NCBI GenBank assembly: GCA_964342825.1 | Contig: CAYFHO010000033.1 | Span: 1-48,902 of the forward strand | Source of the DNA: an uncultured Verrucomicrobiota bacterium | GTDB lineage: Bacteria; Verrucomicrobiota; Verrucomicrobiia; Limisphaerales; AAA164-E04 | DNA: 48,902 nt | Direction: 5' to 3' | In this document: positions 8,845-19,537 of the stretch, piece after piece | Layout of the letters: each line of letters opens with the position of its first letter | Position numbering within the stretch: the first letter of the stretch is position 1 | Notes under the pieces: model-generated | What the model was told of the DNA's origin: nothing | The model's input: only the letters and a program-made list of their open reading frames with translations | The model's database searches: none | Position numbers and translations under genes: made by a program

Positions 8845-11800
8845 TTGATTTTGAACGATGCAATGATGGAGATTGAGTGCTTGAGTCAAAACAGGATTTC
8901 GGGCATTATTTTATCATTCCCAAGTATGAGACCGCGCAACAGCATTCGATTTTTCCGAGGTGCACACCTTCTGCTGCACACATGGATCATGCTCGCTGTG
9001 ATGGTGGCGGATACTGTTACAAAGGAAACCGTTTTCAAGCAGTTTGAATCTAAGATCTATCCTTTGATGACACGGTTCGAAGGTGATAGTTGTGTGAGTT
9101 GCCATGATCCCGCTACTTCTTCCAACCTGGTTCTGGTTGGAAACGCCAAAGACGATTTCCAGATCATGGTGGAGCAAGGTTATTTTGCTTTAGACGGACC
9201 AGATACGATTTTAGCACGACTCCAAACCGACAATTCCAAAAAAAGAATGCCCAAGGGAAAATCGGTTAAGCCGTGGACTCAAAGTGAAATTGCAGACTTT
9301 AGTGCTTTCATAGAAAACGTCCTCAAAGCTGACCTCGTTCCAACACAAGATGATGAATCTTTTCCTGCAGTGCTTCTCAATCCATACGAAGGAGAGTTCA
9401 TTGAGCGTGATGATAACCAGTTCATCACCTATTCCCAATTGAGAGGTAAAATCAAAACCATTTTTGGCGATGACTGGGTGCGTGCTGGAAAGGATTTGTT
9501 TGAAGAAAATGTCGCCTTTTTTAACGGGGCAGATTTTGTCACTCGTTTTAACGAATCCAATCAGGCGACTTCCTCATTTTTAACGGGTCTCGATATCATG
9601 GCCAGAGACGTGGGATTGGATGCCTACAGGAATCGCAGAGGACCTTTTGCTCAACACCCTTTTCGCTTGCCCAAACCTTCCCATCCACCGGAAGTTCCTG
9701 AAGCTTATCGCAAGTCCATTGAAAATGTGTATGAGAGCATTTTGTTTCGTGCCCCCAAACCTCATGAGCTGAAGGATGCCTACCGCTTGATAAAGGGAAT
9801 CCATCAGGCTGGATCAGACATTCGGCAACGTGATTATGAGCTTGGATTTAAATTGACCGTGCAGGATCCATCCACCGGACTGCATTCAGAGAAACACATC
9901 AAAATAGGAGTTTCAGCCGACCCTCTTGGATTGCATCAGGAATGGATCGATCAATCAAAAGGAATCCCTGCAGTGAAAGGGGATAAGACACTCCACATGG
10001 TGAAATTAAACCGCCCAATAAACTTTCGCGCTCAACAAAGCGGCCAGCGATTGTTGATCCACCGACTCCATCCCGGACAAAGTGTTTCGCTGGCAGCGGT
10101 GGGGATTCAATCCACCGATGGCAAAACTGCTTCTGTCATTGGAGCAACTCACTCATCCGTCATGAGAGATGGTGCCTGGAAGCTAACATCTCAAAGAGGT
10201 GTAACCAGTTTTGAACATGAGAAAGTGGCCACTGGAACCGGCGTGATCGAAATCCCTATAGACGTCGAAAAAGATGGCAAGTTTGAGGTTTCTATTTATT
10301 GGAGACAAAATGATGAACTCTCAGATCGAATTCTGGTGGAAGTCTATTCAGATTCACCCACCAGCCTCGCCATGCCATCCGTACCTGCCATTCCTGAAAT
10401 AGGACGTGCGCATTTCTCATATGACAGCAGTGAGGATGCACGCCCCTTTGCCCCTGTGCCCGGTCAATTTCGTTTTGGAAAAGGTGATTATGTGGAGGTG
10501 AATAATCGTAACACCGATCAGAAGGTGACCATCGGAGGCCTTACCATGGTCCCTCAAAGCGAAGCGGAACCTTGGTTGATTGACAGTCGAGAGGCGGAGG
10601 GAAATGAGGATTGGAAGGTGTTCCCCAAAATCAGATTCAGAGCATACAACCAAAAAGGCACCTCATTACACGATGACAACCAAAACAAGGGAGAACGTTA
10701 CCTCAGGTTCCATCCTTCATCCAAAGAGGAGCATTATGATGAAGGAATGTTTTATCGGTTACGCTTCCACTATCCTGGCAAACGCGATCACGAAACTGAA
10801 GTACCGGTCATTGTCAAAGCTTCCCAATCCTCACCCATCATACAAGTGGCGCACCCAGTTCGAGCCAAAACAGGTGCATCGCTGACAGTTGATGCCTCTG
10901 GAAGTTTTACCGTTCAACACAGCCCTCTTCAATTTCACTGGGAACAGACCAGCGGTGTCCCTGTCAGATTTGACCAGGTCGGCCCCATCCTCAAAGTTGG
11001 AGTCCAATCACCACTCGTTGAGGAAGCAGCTTGGACAGCTTTGGTGCGGGCCTTGGTGCGTCATCCAGATTTTGTCTTCACGAAACCACCTTCGATTCAT
11101 CAGGCTGCTTCGACAAAAGAGAAAAAAACACTGCAATTGGTTAAGATTGCGCTGGATCTGGTCGGTCGCCCTCCCCTGCAAACCGAATTGGATCAACTGT
11201 TGCAAGGAACTGAGATCCCGGTTTTGGTCGATCAGTATTTGGATAGCCAGGAGTTCCGTGATTATTACTTCAACCGCATTCGGCTGTATCTGGAGAGCCA
11301 AGGAACCACCTCTCAGGATGAACCTGCCAGACTTTGGAGCTATGTTGCATTGAATGATCTGCCGTTCAGCGAAATCCTCACTGCGGATTACACGGTGGAT
11401 ACTGATTTAAAAAAACAGGCACGTCCTGCCTATCACGGACAAACAGGAGTATTAACCACCAAAGGTTTTATCGAGGGTAAACCGGGATTGCCGCATTACA
11501 ACTACGCGGCACAAGTCAGCATGCTGTTCCTTGGCTATGTTTTTGAATTACCTCCAGAGATAGCGGAAGCTCGGGAAGGTATCACTGCACTTGGAACAAC
11601 GGACCCTGATTCCGCCTGTTACAGTTGTCATAAAATCCTAACCCCTCTGGCACTTCAAAGAGGGCATTGGACGGATGACGGTAAATTTCGGGCTAAGGAT
11701 GAAAATGGCAGGCCCATACGTGCGGATGATCACGGCTGGGTGGAGGATTATCCATTCAAGGGTGAGGGCATGGAGGCTTTTGCGACCCAGGCCGTCAAGA

Positions 11801-12036
11801 AAGAACGGTTCATTCGAACCATGATCAATACTCACTTCAATTTCTACTTTGGAAGGCCTATGAGGTATCTGTCGGATGAGCGCGCCCTTTACAAGAGACT
11901 TTGGGATAATGTTCACGCCAACCAGTTCAAGATCCGCCCTCTGATTCGTGCCATCATTTGTTCCCCGGAATATTTGGAAACTGAACCTCAACAGCAGCTC
12001 ACATCAGCAGGAAATCACTTCATTAATAATAAATGA
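8845..12036 (+). CDS. DUF1549/DUF1553 (PSCyt/PSD) domain protein with N-terminal CxxCH haem-binding motif
   Basis: N-terminal signal-like segment then FESKIYPLMTRFEGDSCVSCHD (the PSCyt-type CxxCH). C-terminal CYSCHKILTPLALQRGHWTDDGKF (DUF1553-type). A DUF1501 gene follows directly, the classical planctomycete/verrucomicrobial pair. The start is probably a later Met (MRPRNS... near 8926). Confidence 0.8.
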   Translation: MILNDAMMEIECLSQNRISGIILSFPSMRPRNSIRFFRGAHLLLHTWIMLAVMVADTVTKETVFKQFESKIYPLMTRFEGDSCVSCHDPATSSNLVLVGNAKDDFQIMVEQGYFALDGPDTILARLQTDNSKKRMPKGKSVKPWTQSEIADFSAFIENVLKADLVPTQDDESFPAVLLNPYEGEFIERDDNQFITYSQLRGKIKTIFGDDWVRAGKDLFEENVAFFNGADFVTRFNESNQATSSFLTGLDIMARDVGLDAYRNRRGPFAQHPFRLPKPSHPPEVPEAYRKSIENVYESILFRAPKPHELKDAYRLIKGIHQAGSDIRQRDYELGFKLTVQDPSTGLHSEKHIKIGVSADPLGLHQEWIDQSKGIPAVKGDKTLHMVKLNRPINFRAQQSGQRLLIHRLHPGQSVSLAAVGIQSTDGKTASVIGATHSSVMRDGAWKLTSQRGVTSFEHEKVATGTGVIEIPIDVEKDGKFEVSIYWRQNDELSDRILVEVYSDSPTSLAMPSVPAIPEIGRAHFSYDSSEDARPFAPVPGQFRFGKGDYVEVNNRNTDQKVTIGGLTMVPQSEAEPWLIDSREAEGNEDWKVFPKIRFRAYNQKGTSLHDDNQNKGERYLRFHPSSKEEHYDEGMFYRLRFHYPGKRDHETEVPVIVKASQSSPIIQVAHPVRAKTGASLTVDASGSFTVQHSPLQFHWEQTSGVPVRFDQVGPILKVGVQSPLVEEAAWTALVRALVRHPDFVFTKPPSIHQAASTKEKKTLQLVKIALDLVGRPPLQTELDQLLQGTEIPVLVDQYLDSQEFRDYYFNRIRLYLESQGTTSQDEPARLWSYVALNDLPFSEILTADYTVDTDLKKQARPAYHGQTGVLTTKGFIEGKPGLPHYNYAAQVSMLFLGYVFELPPEIAEAREGITALGTTDPDSACYSCHKILTPLALQRGHWTDDGKFRAKDENGRPIRADDHGWVEDYPFKGEGMEAFATQAVKKERFIRTMINTHFNFYFGRPMRYLSDERALYKRLWDNVHANQFKIRPLIRAIICSPEYLETEPQQQLTSAGNHFINNK

Positions 12037-12095
12037 GGAACATCCTAAGCCAACAAAACTGATGCCGTTCTGCCATTAGATATACCATACCTGTC

Positions 12096-13817
12096 ATGAA
12101 AAAACCTTGCGAAGTGGATCCTCAAATCAAGTTGAGCCAACGTGTCCTTTCACCACCAAACTTGAGCACGAGGCGTGGCTTCTTTCGGAATTTAGCCGCG
12201 ACGACTGCCGGCCTGACTTGTGCAGATTTCCTCTCTTACTTCAAGGCATACGGTTTACCCAGTGAATCCAGGACAGAACAATTGGCATCAGGTGCTGCTC
12301 AATCCAACGAAGATCCCAGGTTTTTGGTCTATTGGTTTCTTGAAGGTGGCTGGTGCGGTTATGACATGTTCAATCCGGTCATGACTGAAAATAATGTGAT
12401 CCATCGCCTTGACCGGATCAGCGACGAAAGATACCGCGTACTGCGATGGGGAGAGGAAGCCTATGGAATCAAGCAACATGGAAACATTCGCTACGGTTAC
12501 CTCGCCGAAAAAGGAAAGGACTTGTTCAAAGATATGGCGGTGGTCAGTTCCATGCACACCGGAACTGGACATTCCCGGGATCGACTGAAGGTCCACATGG
12601 GAGATTACAAATTCAAACAGACCGAGGAGCGCGAAGAAGATGAACGCTCGGTGATGCAAGCCTTTGCCGAGGTATATGGGCAACCGTATGTATTACCTAG
12701 TTTATCCTGGCACTGGTGGTTGTCTGATGGCGAGTTAAATGAAGTTCAGTACACCGGAAGACGTGGCTATTATCATGCCCTTGGCCCATCACATGCCCAC
12801 ACTATTTATGCGGGGACACCTGCGAAACTGAAGAAACTGCTGCTTCGTATGCAGCAAAATGCGGGAGACCAGGTTGCCAGGCATATCGAATCATTTCTGG
12901 AAAATGCACACTCTGAATTCCTGAAAGATGAAAACATACCTGCTGTGAAGAGCTATCATTCCGCACGACAGATTTTCCTTCAAATGTCGGAACGAGGTCA
13001 AAGTCTGGATGCCAATCTGTTGAACGGGTTGTTCAACGACCGATCTCTCAAAGAGGAATTTCTGATCCGCCCGGAGGATGAACTGATCACCTATCGAAGT
13101 GTCAACGGCAACAAAGCGCGTAGCAAATTCGCTCCGGCCACCAATGTTCAGGCGATGATGAGCTACGAAATGATGCGAGCCGGTTTATCTTGCGGTTTTT
13201 TCATAGAATCCAGAGATGTGAGGCGATTTGATTCGCACAACTCCAGAAAAAACCTATGGAAAAACAAAGGCAGAACTCCAATTGGCAACAAAGACCAGAC
13301 AACCATGATGGAGCAGGATTTATGGGATCCTTTACATGCATTTGTGAATCGATTGAAGGGGACGGAATACAAGGATACCGGCAAATCTTTATTCGACCAT
13401 ACCAACATGGTGATCAATTCTGAATTTGGAAGATCACTCCACGGAAATGTGGACGGCATCCTGGAGATGGATATTTCGGATGAAGAGAAGGAAACCAAGA
13501 TCGGAGGTCAGGACATATCCGCCCATTGGAAAGTTACCTCCTGCGCTTTTCTGGGATCCAAGGTAAAAGGTGACCGACAGTATGGTGCTGTGGGAGAAAA
13601 AACACTCATGGCTGTTCCCATTCTTCCCGATGGAACAATGGATCCCAATTATGACCCTATCTCTGGAAGATTGAAAGAAGGACGAAATCAACATCCAAAA
13701 TCCTTTATCCCCAACCACGGTGATGTCTATGCAACTGCCCTTGAGCTAAGCGGTATCGCACCCAAGGGAAAAGGGCGCAACGAACGCCCGGCCATGAAAT
13801 TTATCAAGAGCACCTGA
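12096..13817 (+). CDS. DUF1501 (sulfatase-like fold) protein with twin-arginine signal
   Basis: TAT motif RRGFFRNLAATTAGL at the N-terminus. 573 aa. Canonical partner of DUF1549/DUF1553 proteins. Confidence 0.8.
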   Translation: MKKPCEVDPQIKLSQRVLSPPNLSTRRGFFRNLAATTAGLTCADFLSYFKAYGLPSESRTEQLASGAAQSNEDPRFLVYWFLEGGWCGYDMFNPVMTENNVIHRLDRISDERYRVLRWGEEAYGIKQHGNIRYGYLAEKGKDLFKDMAVVSSMHTGTGHSRDRLKVHMGDYKFKQTEEREEDERSVMQAFAEVYGQPYVLPSLSWHWWLSDGELNEVQYTGRRGYYHALGPSHAHTIYAGTPAKLKKLLLRMQQNAGDQVARHIESFLENAHSEFLKDENIPAVKSYHSARQIFLQMSERGQSLDANLLNGLFNDRSLKEEFLIRPEDELITYRSVNGNKARSKFAPATNVQAMMSYEMMRAGLSCGFFIESRDVRRFDSHNSRKNLWKNKGRTPIGNKDQTTMMEQDLWDPLHAFVNRLKGTEYKDTGKSLFDHTNMVINSEFGRSLHGNVDGILEMDISDEEKETKIGGQDISAHWKVTSCAFLGSKVKGDRQYGAVGEKTLMAVPILPDGTMDPNYDPISGRLKEGRNQHPKSFIPNHGDVYATALELSGIAPKGKGRNERPAMKFIKST

Positions 13818-13866
13818 AAAAAACTGAATTCAACCCGAATAAACCAAACTTACGAACACCCATAAA

Positions 13867-14283
13867 ATGAAAAACAAATTTCTGATTCTTTATTTCATCC
13901 TGTTTTACCTCTCGGGTTGCGCTTCACACAAATTCAATTCGCCCTCTCTGGACATTCAGTCACCAGATTTTAGCCCCCGTACTCACGAGATAGAAAATGT
14001 GGTTTTGATTGCAAACGGGGAGCCTGGGCAATCCTTTACGGCTGAGTTGACGGTTGATGGAAAAAAGCAAAATTTTCAAGCTAACATTCCTGGGAGAATA
14101 TACCTCAACACTTGTGTTACCCACGGAACATTAAAGAAGACAGGAGGTAATGGTACCCTGTCATTTACCATTCAGCCCAATGTCGAGAATCCCACAAGAA
14201 GTTTGTCCTTCGGCAATCTGAAGAGCAAGGGGCAAAAACTTCAATTCGGTTACCACGACGGACAAGTTCAGTCCATCCAATGA
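13867..14283 (+). CDS. Small lipoprotein, hypothetical
   Basis: Signal peptide with lipobox LSGC (MKNKFLILYFILFYLSGC). 138 aa. No recognisable domain. Confidence 0.5.
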   Translation: MKNKFLILYFILFYLSGCASHKFNSPSLDIQSPDFSPRTHEIENVVLIANGEPGQSFTAELTVDGKKQNFQANIPGRIYLNTCVTHGTLKKTGGNGTLSFTIQPNVENPTRSLSFGNLKSKGQKLQFGYHDGQVQSIQ

Positions 14284-14397
14284 TTCACTAATGTAAGTAT
14301 GACCATTTAGATGGTCATAACATCGAGAACAATTTCGACAAACTGAACTTCAATGTCGTGATCAGGTTGATTAGCCTTTGATTCCTGATTTCTCTGG

Positions 14398-17300
14398 TTG
14401 TATAGTCCCGCGCTTATGGCGCATGTTTGTGTATCAATCAAAACGTTGGGGATCAGCCTCGCAGCTGGCCTGATGAGCATGAGTGTATTTGGTGCGGAAC
14501 TTGGGACTCCGGTTTCGGACCCAACTCGCGTGAAATCAGCTTCGGATGAAGGCCGGTTGGCCATGAAGGGATTTTCCCTTCCGGATGGTTTTAAAGTCGA
14601 ACTCACAGCTGCTGAACCTCATTTGGCAAACCCTGTGGCATTCCATATCGATGAACGAGGGCGTTTCTTCGTGGTCGAAACCTTTCGACATGGTGCCGGG
14701 GTATTGGACATTCGCGGTCGTCGTGGTTGGCCAAACCAGGATTTCATCGACAGCCTTTCTGAAGAGCGACTTGCGACCTTATCGGATGAACTCCTCGATG
14801 CCGATCTGGCCTCCCGGACGGTGGATGATCGAATAGCGATGCTCCGCTACTACATGGGAGACAAAGCCGAGCGTGAACTTGCCAACGAAACAGATCAAGT
14901 CCGCCTGGTTGAAGATCGAGATGGAGATGGTATGGCTGACCACTCCTCCATTTTTGCGGATGGATTCAACCAAATTGCAGATGGCCTCGCTTCGGGGGTC
15001 CTGGTTCGCAACGGTAAGGTTTATTTTACCAATATTCCGGACCTCTGGTTGCTGGAGGATCAAGACGGTGATGGAATTGCAGAAAAACGTGAATCCTTGC
15101 ATTACGGTTTTGGAGTGCGGGTAGGTTTTCTTGGACACGATTTACATGGCCTGACCATTGGTCCTGATGGCATGCTTTACTTTTCCATTGGTGATCGAGG
15201 ATCCCACGTTAAGACCAAAGATGGTCGTGTGGTAGGAATGCCGGATACCGGAACAGTCTTTCGCTGCAATATGGATGGCTCTGACCTCGAGGTGTTTGCC
15301 TTTGGCTTACGCAACCCTCAGGAACTCGCTTTCGATGCCTATGGGAACTTGTTTACCGGGGACAACAATTCGGATGGTGGAGACCAGGCGCGCTGGGTTT
15401 ATGTTGTTGAAGGTGGAGATAGTGGTTGGCGTATTGGATATCAATTTCTTAATCAGCCGGTCGCCCGAGGCCCCTGGAATGCCGAGAAACTTTGGCATCC
15501 ACAATGGCCAGGACAGGCTGCTTATCTGGTGCCGCCCATTGCTAACATAGGCAATGGCCCATCCGGTCTGACTTATCATCCTGGAACGGGTTTTTCGAAT
15601 GCACTCAAGGACCATTTTTTCCTGGTGGACTTCAAGGGTTCTCCAGCCAACAGCGGCATTCATACCATTAAAATGAAGCCCAAAGGTGCGACCTTTGAGA
15701 TCGAGAAACTGGACAACATTATATGGAACGTGCTGGCAACCGATGCCGACTTCGGAGTGGATGGTGGCCTATACTTGACCGATTGGGTGGAAGGTTGGTC
15801 GGTAACCGGCAAGGGCCGTATTTATCGAGTTTTGGAGGATGAAATCACAGACGCCGACTTGGTCGAAGAAACCAAAACACTCCTGGCGGACGGCATGGAA
15901 GGTAGAACTTCCAGAGAATTGACGAAATTACTGTCACATCCCGACCAGCGGGTCCGACAAAGAGCTCAGTTTGAACTGGCAGATCGAGGCCCAGGTTCCA
16001 TCGAGCATTTTCAAGGAGTCATAAAGTATGGTGAATCCTTATTTGCTAAACTGCACGCGGTTTGGGGATTGGGCCAACTGATGGAAAACCATTCAAAAGC
16101 GGCAGATCCTTTGATGGAGGCACTTTATGCCCCCGAAGATGAAGTCAGAGGTCAAGCAGCAAAAGTGGTGGGGAATCACCAAATAGCAGCTGCTTTTGGA
16201 CGATTAGCCATTCTTTGTGCCAATGACTCCAGTGCCCGTGTTCGGTTTTTCGCTGCCAAATCTTTAGGTAAGTATGGAAAGCGTGAAGCGATTGCGCCAT
16301 TGGTGACAATGCTCGAGGCAAACAATGATGAGGATCCATATTTGAGGCATGCCGGAGTGATGGGATTGTCGGGTGTACAAGATTTTCGTTGGTTGAACGA
16401 AATCGTGGATCATCCTTCATCAGCGGTTCGTATGGGAGCGCTACTTGCTATGAGACGACTGGAGAGGCCCGAAATCGCACAGTTCTTACAGGACGATGAA
16501 CCACTGCTGGTGACCGAAGCGGCACGTGCGATCAACGATGTCCCCATCGAAGCGGCCACACGCGACTTGGCGAATCTGGCTCAATCAAGCAGCTTGAGCG
16601 AACCTGCCTGGCGACGCGTTGTTAATGCAAACTTTCGATTGGGCCGAGAAGAGTACGCGCAGCAATTGGGTAAAATTGCCATAGATGAATCTCTGGATTT
16701 GAGCATACGTGTCGAAGCATTGCAGGCACTGGCTGAATGGGGCAATCCTTCCGGCAGGGATAGGGTGACAGGTATCTGGAGACCGGTTAGTGGGTACCGT
16801 TCCATCGAGGATGCCCGTCGTGCTGTTCAATCTGTGATGCCCCAACTGGTTGACCAGGATTCAGAAGCTTTGGTTCGCGCCCTGATTCAGGCAGTGGAAT
16901 CTGTCCAATTGGAAACTGCCTCAGCCTGGCTGCTGGGGACGGTTCGAAATGAACTGCTCAGCGATCCTGTTCGAACCGATGCATTGGCAGCCCTGGCGAC
17001 ATTAGCTGAACCAGCCGTGGTTGAAGAAGCGGTTCAATATGCCCTTGAAAAAGGATCTCAAAGATTGCAACGCGAAGCTCTCCGCTGGCAAACACAGTCT
17101 GCAGATAGTCTTCAGGCAATTAAGTCAGCTCTTCAAGGCAGCGATATACAAGGTCAACAAGCTGCCATAGCTTCACTGGGGCGGGATACCTCGAAGGAGG
17201 CCATGGAATTGATGGGAAAACTGGTGTCCGATCTTGTTTCCGGTGATCTCAATGAGGCGCTTGGCCTGGATGTGCTCGAATTGGTCGAAACCAAAGCGAC

Positions 17301-17805
17301 CCCTGAAATCCAGAAGATAGCATCTGACTATAAATCCAGCCTTGCTCAGAAATCTCCTTTCAAGGAATTTGCAGTCACATTGAAGGGCGGGGACGTCGAA
17401 GCGGGAAAACGTATCTTTCTGGAAAGAGAGGAAGTGGCTTGCCTGAGATGCCACCAGGTCGAAGGGAACGGCGGGGACGTCGGCCCTGCATTGGATGGCC
17501 TGGCTGCCCGACAAAGCATGGACTATATCCTGGAATCCATACTTTATCCCAATAAGGCCATTGCAGAGGGTTTTGAAAGCGTTCTCATCGAAACCAAGGA
17601 TGATAATTATTACGCAGGTTTGATCAAAGAAGAGACCGATAAGCATATCGTGTTGAACTCACCTGAGGACGGAATCATTACCATTGATGCAGATAACGTG
17701 AATTCGCGCGAAAAAGGACTCTCAGGAATGCCCGAGGGCCTTTACCTGATGCTCACGAAGCGGGAACTTCGCGATTTGATGGCTTACCTGGGTAGCTTGA
17801 AGTGA
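14398..17805 (+). CDS. PVC-type haem-binding CxxCH protein: sorbosone/glucose dehydrogenase-like beta-propeller + HEAT repeats + C-terminal cytochrome c domain
   Basis: N-terminal PDGFKVELTAAEPHLANPVAFHIDERGRFFVVE is the family signature. Mid-region HEAT-like repeats (VRQRAQFELADRG, VRGQAAKVVGN, VRFFAAKSLGKYG). C-terminal CLRCHQVEGNGGDVGPALDG. Signal peptide present; the true start is probably the Met near 14419. Confidence 0.75.
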   Translation: MYSPALMAHVCVSIKTLGISLAAGLMSMSVFGAELGTPVSDPTRVKSASDEGRLAMKGFSLPDGFKVELTAAEPHLANPVAFHIDERGRFFVVETFRHGAGVLDIRGRRGWPNQDFIDSLSEERLATLSDELLDADLASRTVDDRIAMLRYYMGDKAERELANETDQVRLVEDRDGDGMADHSSIFADGFNQIADGLASGVLVRNGKVYFTNIPDLWLLEDQDGDGIAEKRESLHYGFGVRVGFLGHDLHGLTIGPDGMLYFSIGDRGSHVKTKDGRVVGMPDTGTVFRCNMDGSDLEVFAFGLRNPQELAFDAYGNLFTGDNNSDGGDQARWVYVVEGGDSGWRIGYQFLNQPVARGPWNAEKLWHPQWPGQAAYLVPPIANIGNGPSGLTYHPGTGFSNALKDHFFLVDFKGSPANSGIHTIKMKPKGATFEIEKLDNIIWNVLATDADFGVDGGLYLTDWVEGWSVTGKGRIYRVLEDEITDADLVEETKTLLADGMEGRTSRELTKLLSHPDQRVRQRAQFELADRGPGSIEHFQGVIKYGESLFAKLHAVWGLGQLMENHSKAADPLMEALYAPEDEVRGQAAKVVGNHQIAAAFGRLAILCANDSSARVRFFAAKSLGKYGKREAIAPLVTMLEANNDEDPYLRHAGVMGLSGVQDFRWLNEIVDHPSSAVRMGALLAMRRLERPEIAQFLQDDEPLLVTEAARAINDVPIEAATRDLANLAQSSSLSEPAWRRVVNANFRLGREEYAQQLGKIAIDESLDLSIRVEALQALAEWGNPSGRDRVTGIWRPVSGYRSIEDARRAVQSVMPQLVDQDSEALVRALIQAVESVQLETASAWLLGTVRNELLSDPVRTDALAALATLAEPAVVEEAVQYALEKGSQRLQREALRWQTQSADSLQAIKSALQGSDIQGQQAAIASLGRDTSKEAMELMGKLVSDLVSGDLNEALGLDVLELVETKATPEIQKIASDYKSSLAQKSPFKEFAVTLKGGDVEAGKRIFLEREEVACLRCHQVEGNGGDVGPALDGLAARQSMDYILESILYPNKAIAEGFESVLIETKDDNYYAGLIKEETDKHIVLNSPEDGIITIDADNVNSREKGLSGMPEGLYLMLTKRELRDLMAYLGSLK

Positions 17806-17818
17806 CCCCAAAATCACA

Positions 17819-19537
17819 TTGCGTAACTCTCAGATATCTGGCAATCATCTCATTATGAAGATTCAACCGCTGCACTTCATCAAATCCATGGCGACTCTCA
17901 TGGGTTTGACCTTTGTCCTGATGGCTCAGGCAGGTACGGATCGTTCCGGTACCTTGTTGGGTTCCTGGCATTATCAAGGCGCCGCCAAAATTCGTGATTC
18001 AGAGGGTGGAGACACATTCAAACGAATTCTGTCTTCCGAAGCGACAGCTCCCATCCGTGAATTGCTCGTCGAAAAGCTTGCGGGAGCACCTGACCAACTG
18101 CTTTACGGATTGGGTACACGAGCCCTTGATACGCGAGTCAAGCTGATGTCTCCCTTGATCTCCGACCTCATTGAACATGAGTCTTATGGAGAAATCCATG
18201 GTGCTGCAGCCTCCGCCATCAACCTTTCCCTGGCGGTAAAACTGCCAAAAGATCGGCAGTCGGCATGGAATGTGAATCTTAGGAGATATGCTGGGAGTTT
18301 GGGTTGGGAGGTAAATCCTCCATTGAGCGAAGGTTTAACCTCTGAATGGGATGCCACGTCACATGATTCAGGGTTCCTGATGCGATACATTCAAGTTGAA
18401 GACTGGCTTTTGATCAGTGCAGGAGCTGATGCTCTGACCCAGATCCTTGGCTGGAAGGGCCAGCTGGGCGATGGCAAAAGCATAAATTTTGGGGAAAGCG
18501 AAAACAGCTGGTGGACCCTCAACGCAGAAATTGAAACTCTGCAAAAGTTAAGCGATCGAAATTCAAAAAGCATATTGAAATCCATGACCTTGGAGGGATA
18601 TGGAGATGGTGAATTTGTCAGGTCAGGCGGGAAATTAGTCCTGAACGAAGCAATGGAAGATTCTGTCTCCAAGTGGTTGATACCCACCAACAGAATACAG
18701 GAGCCGGTGATCAGTTTTGCAGCTCAACGGAATATTCAACCGTTACTAACCCAATTGCCTGGTGTCAAAAAATTGTTTCCCCAAGGCGTTCCACAACAGT
18801 CGCTGGTTTGGGCAAGGCCGTCCAAAGTTAAAAATACTCGATCTGATCAAGGGGCTGCCCCTCTTTTCCTGACTTATGCCACCTGGCCGGTGAATCAGGA
18901 CGAGATTTCAGTCAATCCCACCAAGAATGGCCTGTCTGAACTTTTAGGAGAAAAATTACTCAACAGCGGGCGCATGCTGCTTTCGAGTAACGAGGAGTTG
19001 AATGCTTTCAGCCTCAAAATCAAACCTGCTTTCGTTCAACCATTTGTTCAAGGTATTGAGTATGCAGGACAGGATTATCATATGGCCGGATTGACATATA
19101 TGATGATGAATCGTACCAATCCCCCTCCCCCTTCACTCTTTGCTCAAATTACCAAATATCCCAAACTCCGCTATTACCATTGGGAAAGAACGGATGAAAA
19201 ATTGTTTCAATACCGCAATCTGATCAACCTTGTCGGATTTCTTTTTGGCAAAGGTCAACTGGTCAATGATTCGCCTCTGTTCGGCTGGACCTTGTATCTG
19301 GAAGAACAACTCGGAAACACCGTCACTCAATTGTTGAAAAAGGATGCCAATACCCTGGAAATACAAAGGAAGTCCCAACTTGGTTTAACAGGTTTTGAGA
19401 TCGCTCTTCTGGCTCGTTGGATGCATTCCGAGTCGTTTCCCTGGATCGATATCCAGGAGTTATCCCAATGGGAATTTCCTGCCATAAAAACACCTGCCCT
19501 TAAACAACCCAAGCCCAATGCTCAAATTAGGCGTTAA
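17819..19537 (+). CDS. Hypothetical secreted protein
   Basis: 572 aa. N-terminal hydrophobic signal (MATLMGLTFVLMAQAG). No recognisable motif. Its 3' end overlaps the pdxJ start by 20 nt, suggesting co-transcription. Confidence 0.5.
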   Translation: MRNSQISGNHLIMKIQPLHFIKSMATLMGLTFVLMAQAGTDRSGTLLGSWHYQGAAKIRDSEGGDTFKRILSSEATAPIRELLVEKLAGAPDQLLYGLGTRALDTRVKLMSPLISDLIEHESYGEIHGAAASAINLSLAVKLPKDRQSAWNVNLRRYAGSLGWEVNPPLSEGLTSEWDATSHDSGFLMRYIQVEDWLLISAGADALTQILGWKGQLGDGKSINFGESENSWWTLNAEIETLQKLSDRNSKSILKSMTLEGYGDGEFVRSGGKLVLNEAMEDSVSKWLIPTNRIQEPVISFAAQRNIQPLLTQLPGVKKLFPQGVPQQSLVWARPSKVKNTRSDQGAAPLFLTYATWPVNQDEISVNPTKNGLSELLGEKLLNSGRMLLSSNEELNAFSLKIKPAFVQPFVQGIEYAGQDYHMAGLTYMMMNRTNPPPPSLFAQITKYPKLRYYHWERTDEKLFQYRNLINLVGFLFGKGQLVNDSPLFGWTLYLEEQLGNTVTQLLKKDANTLEIQRKSQLGLTGFEIALLARWMHSESFPWIDIQELSQWEFPAIKTPALKQPKPNAQIRR

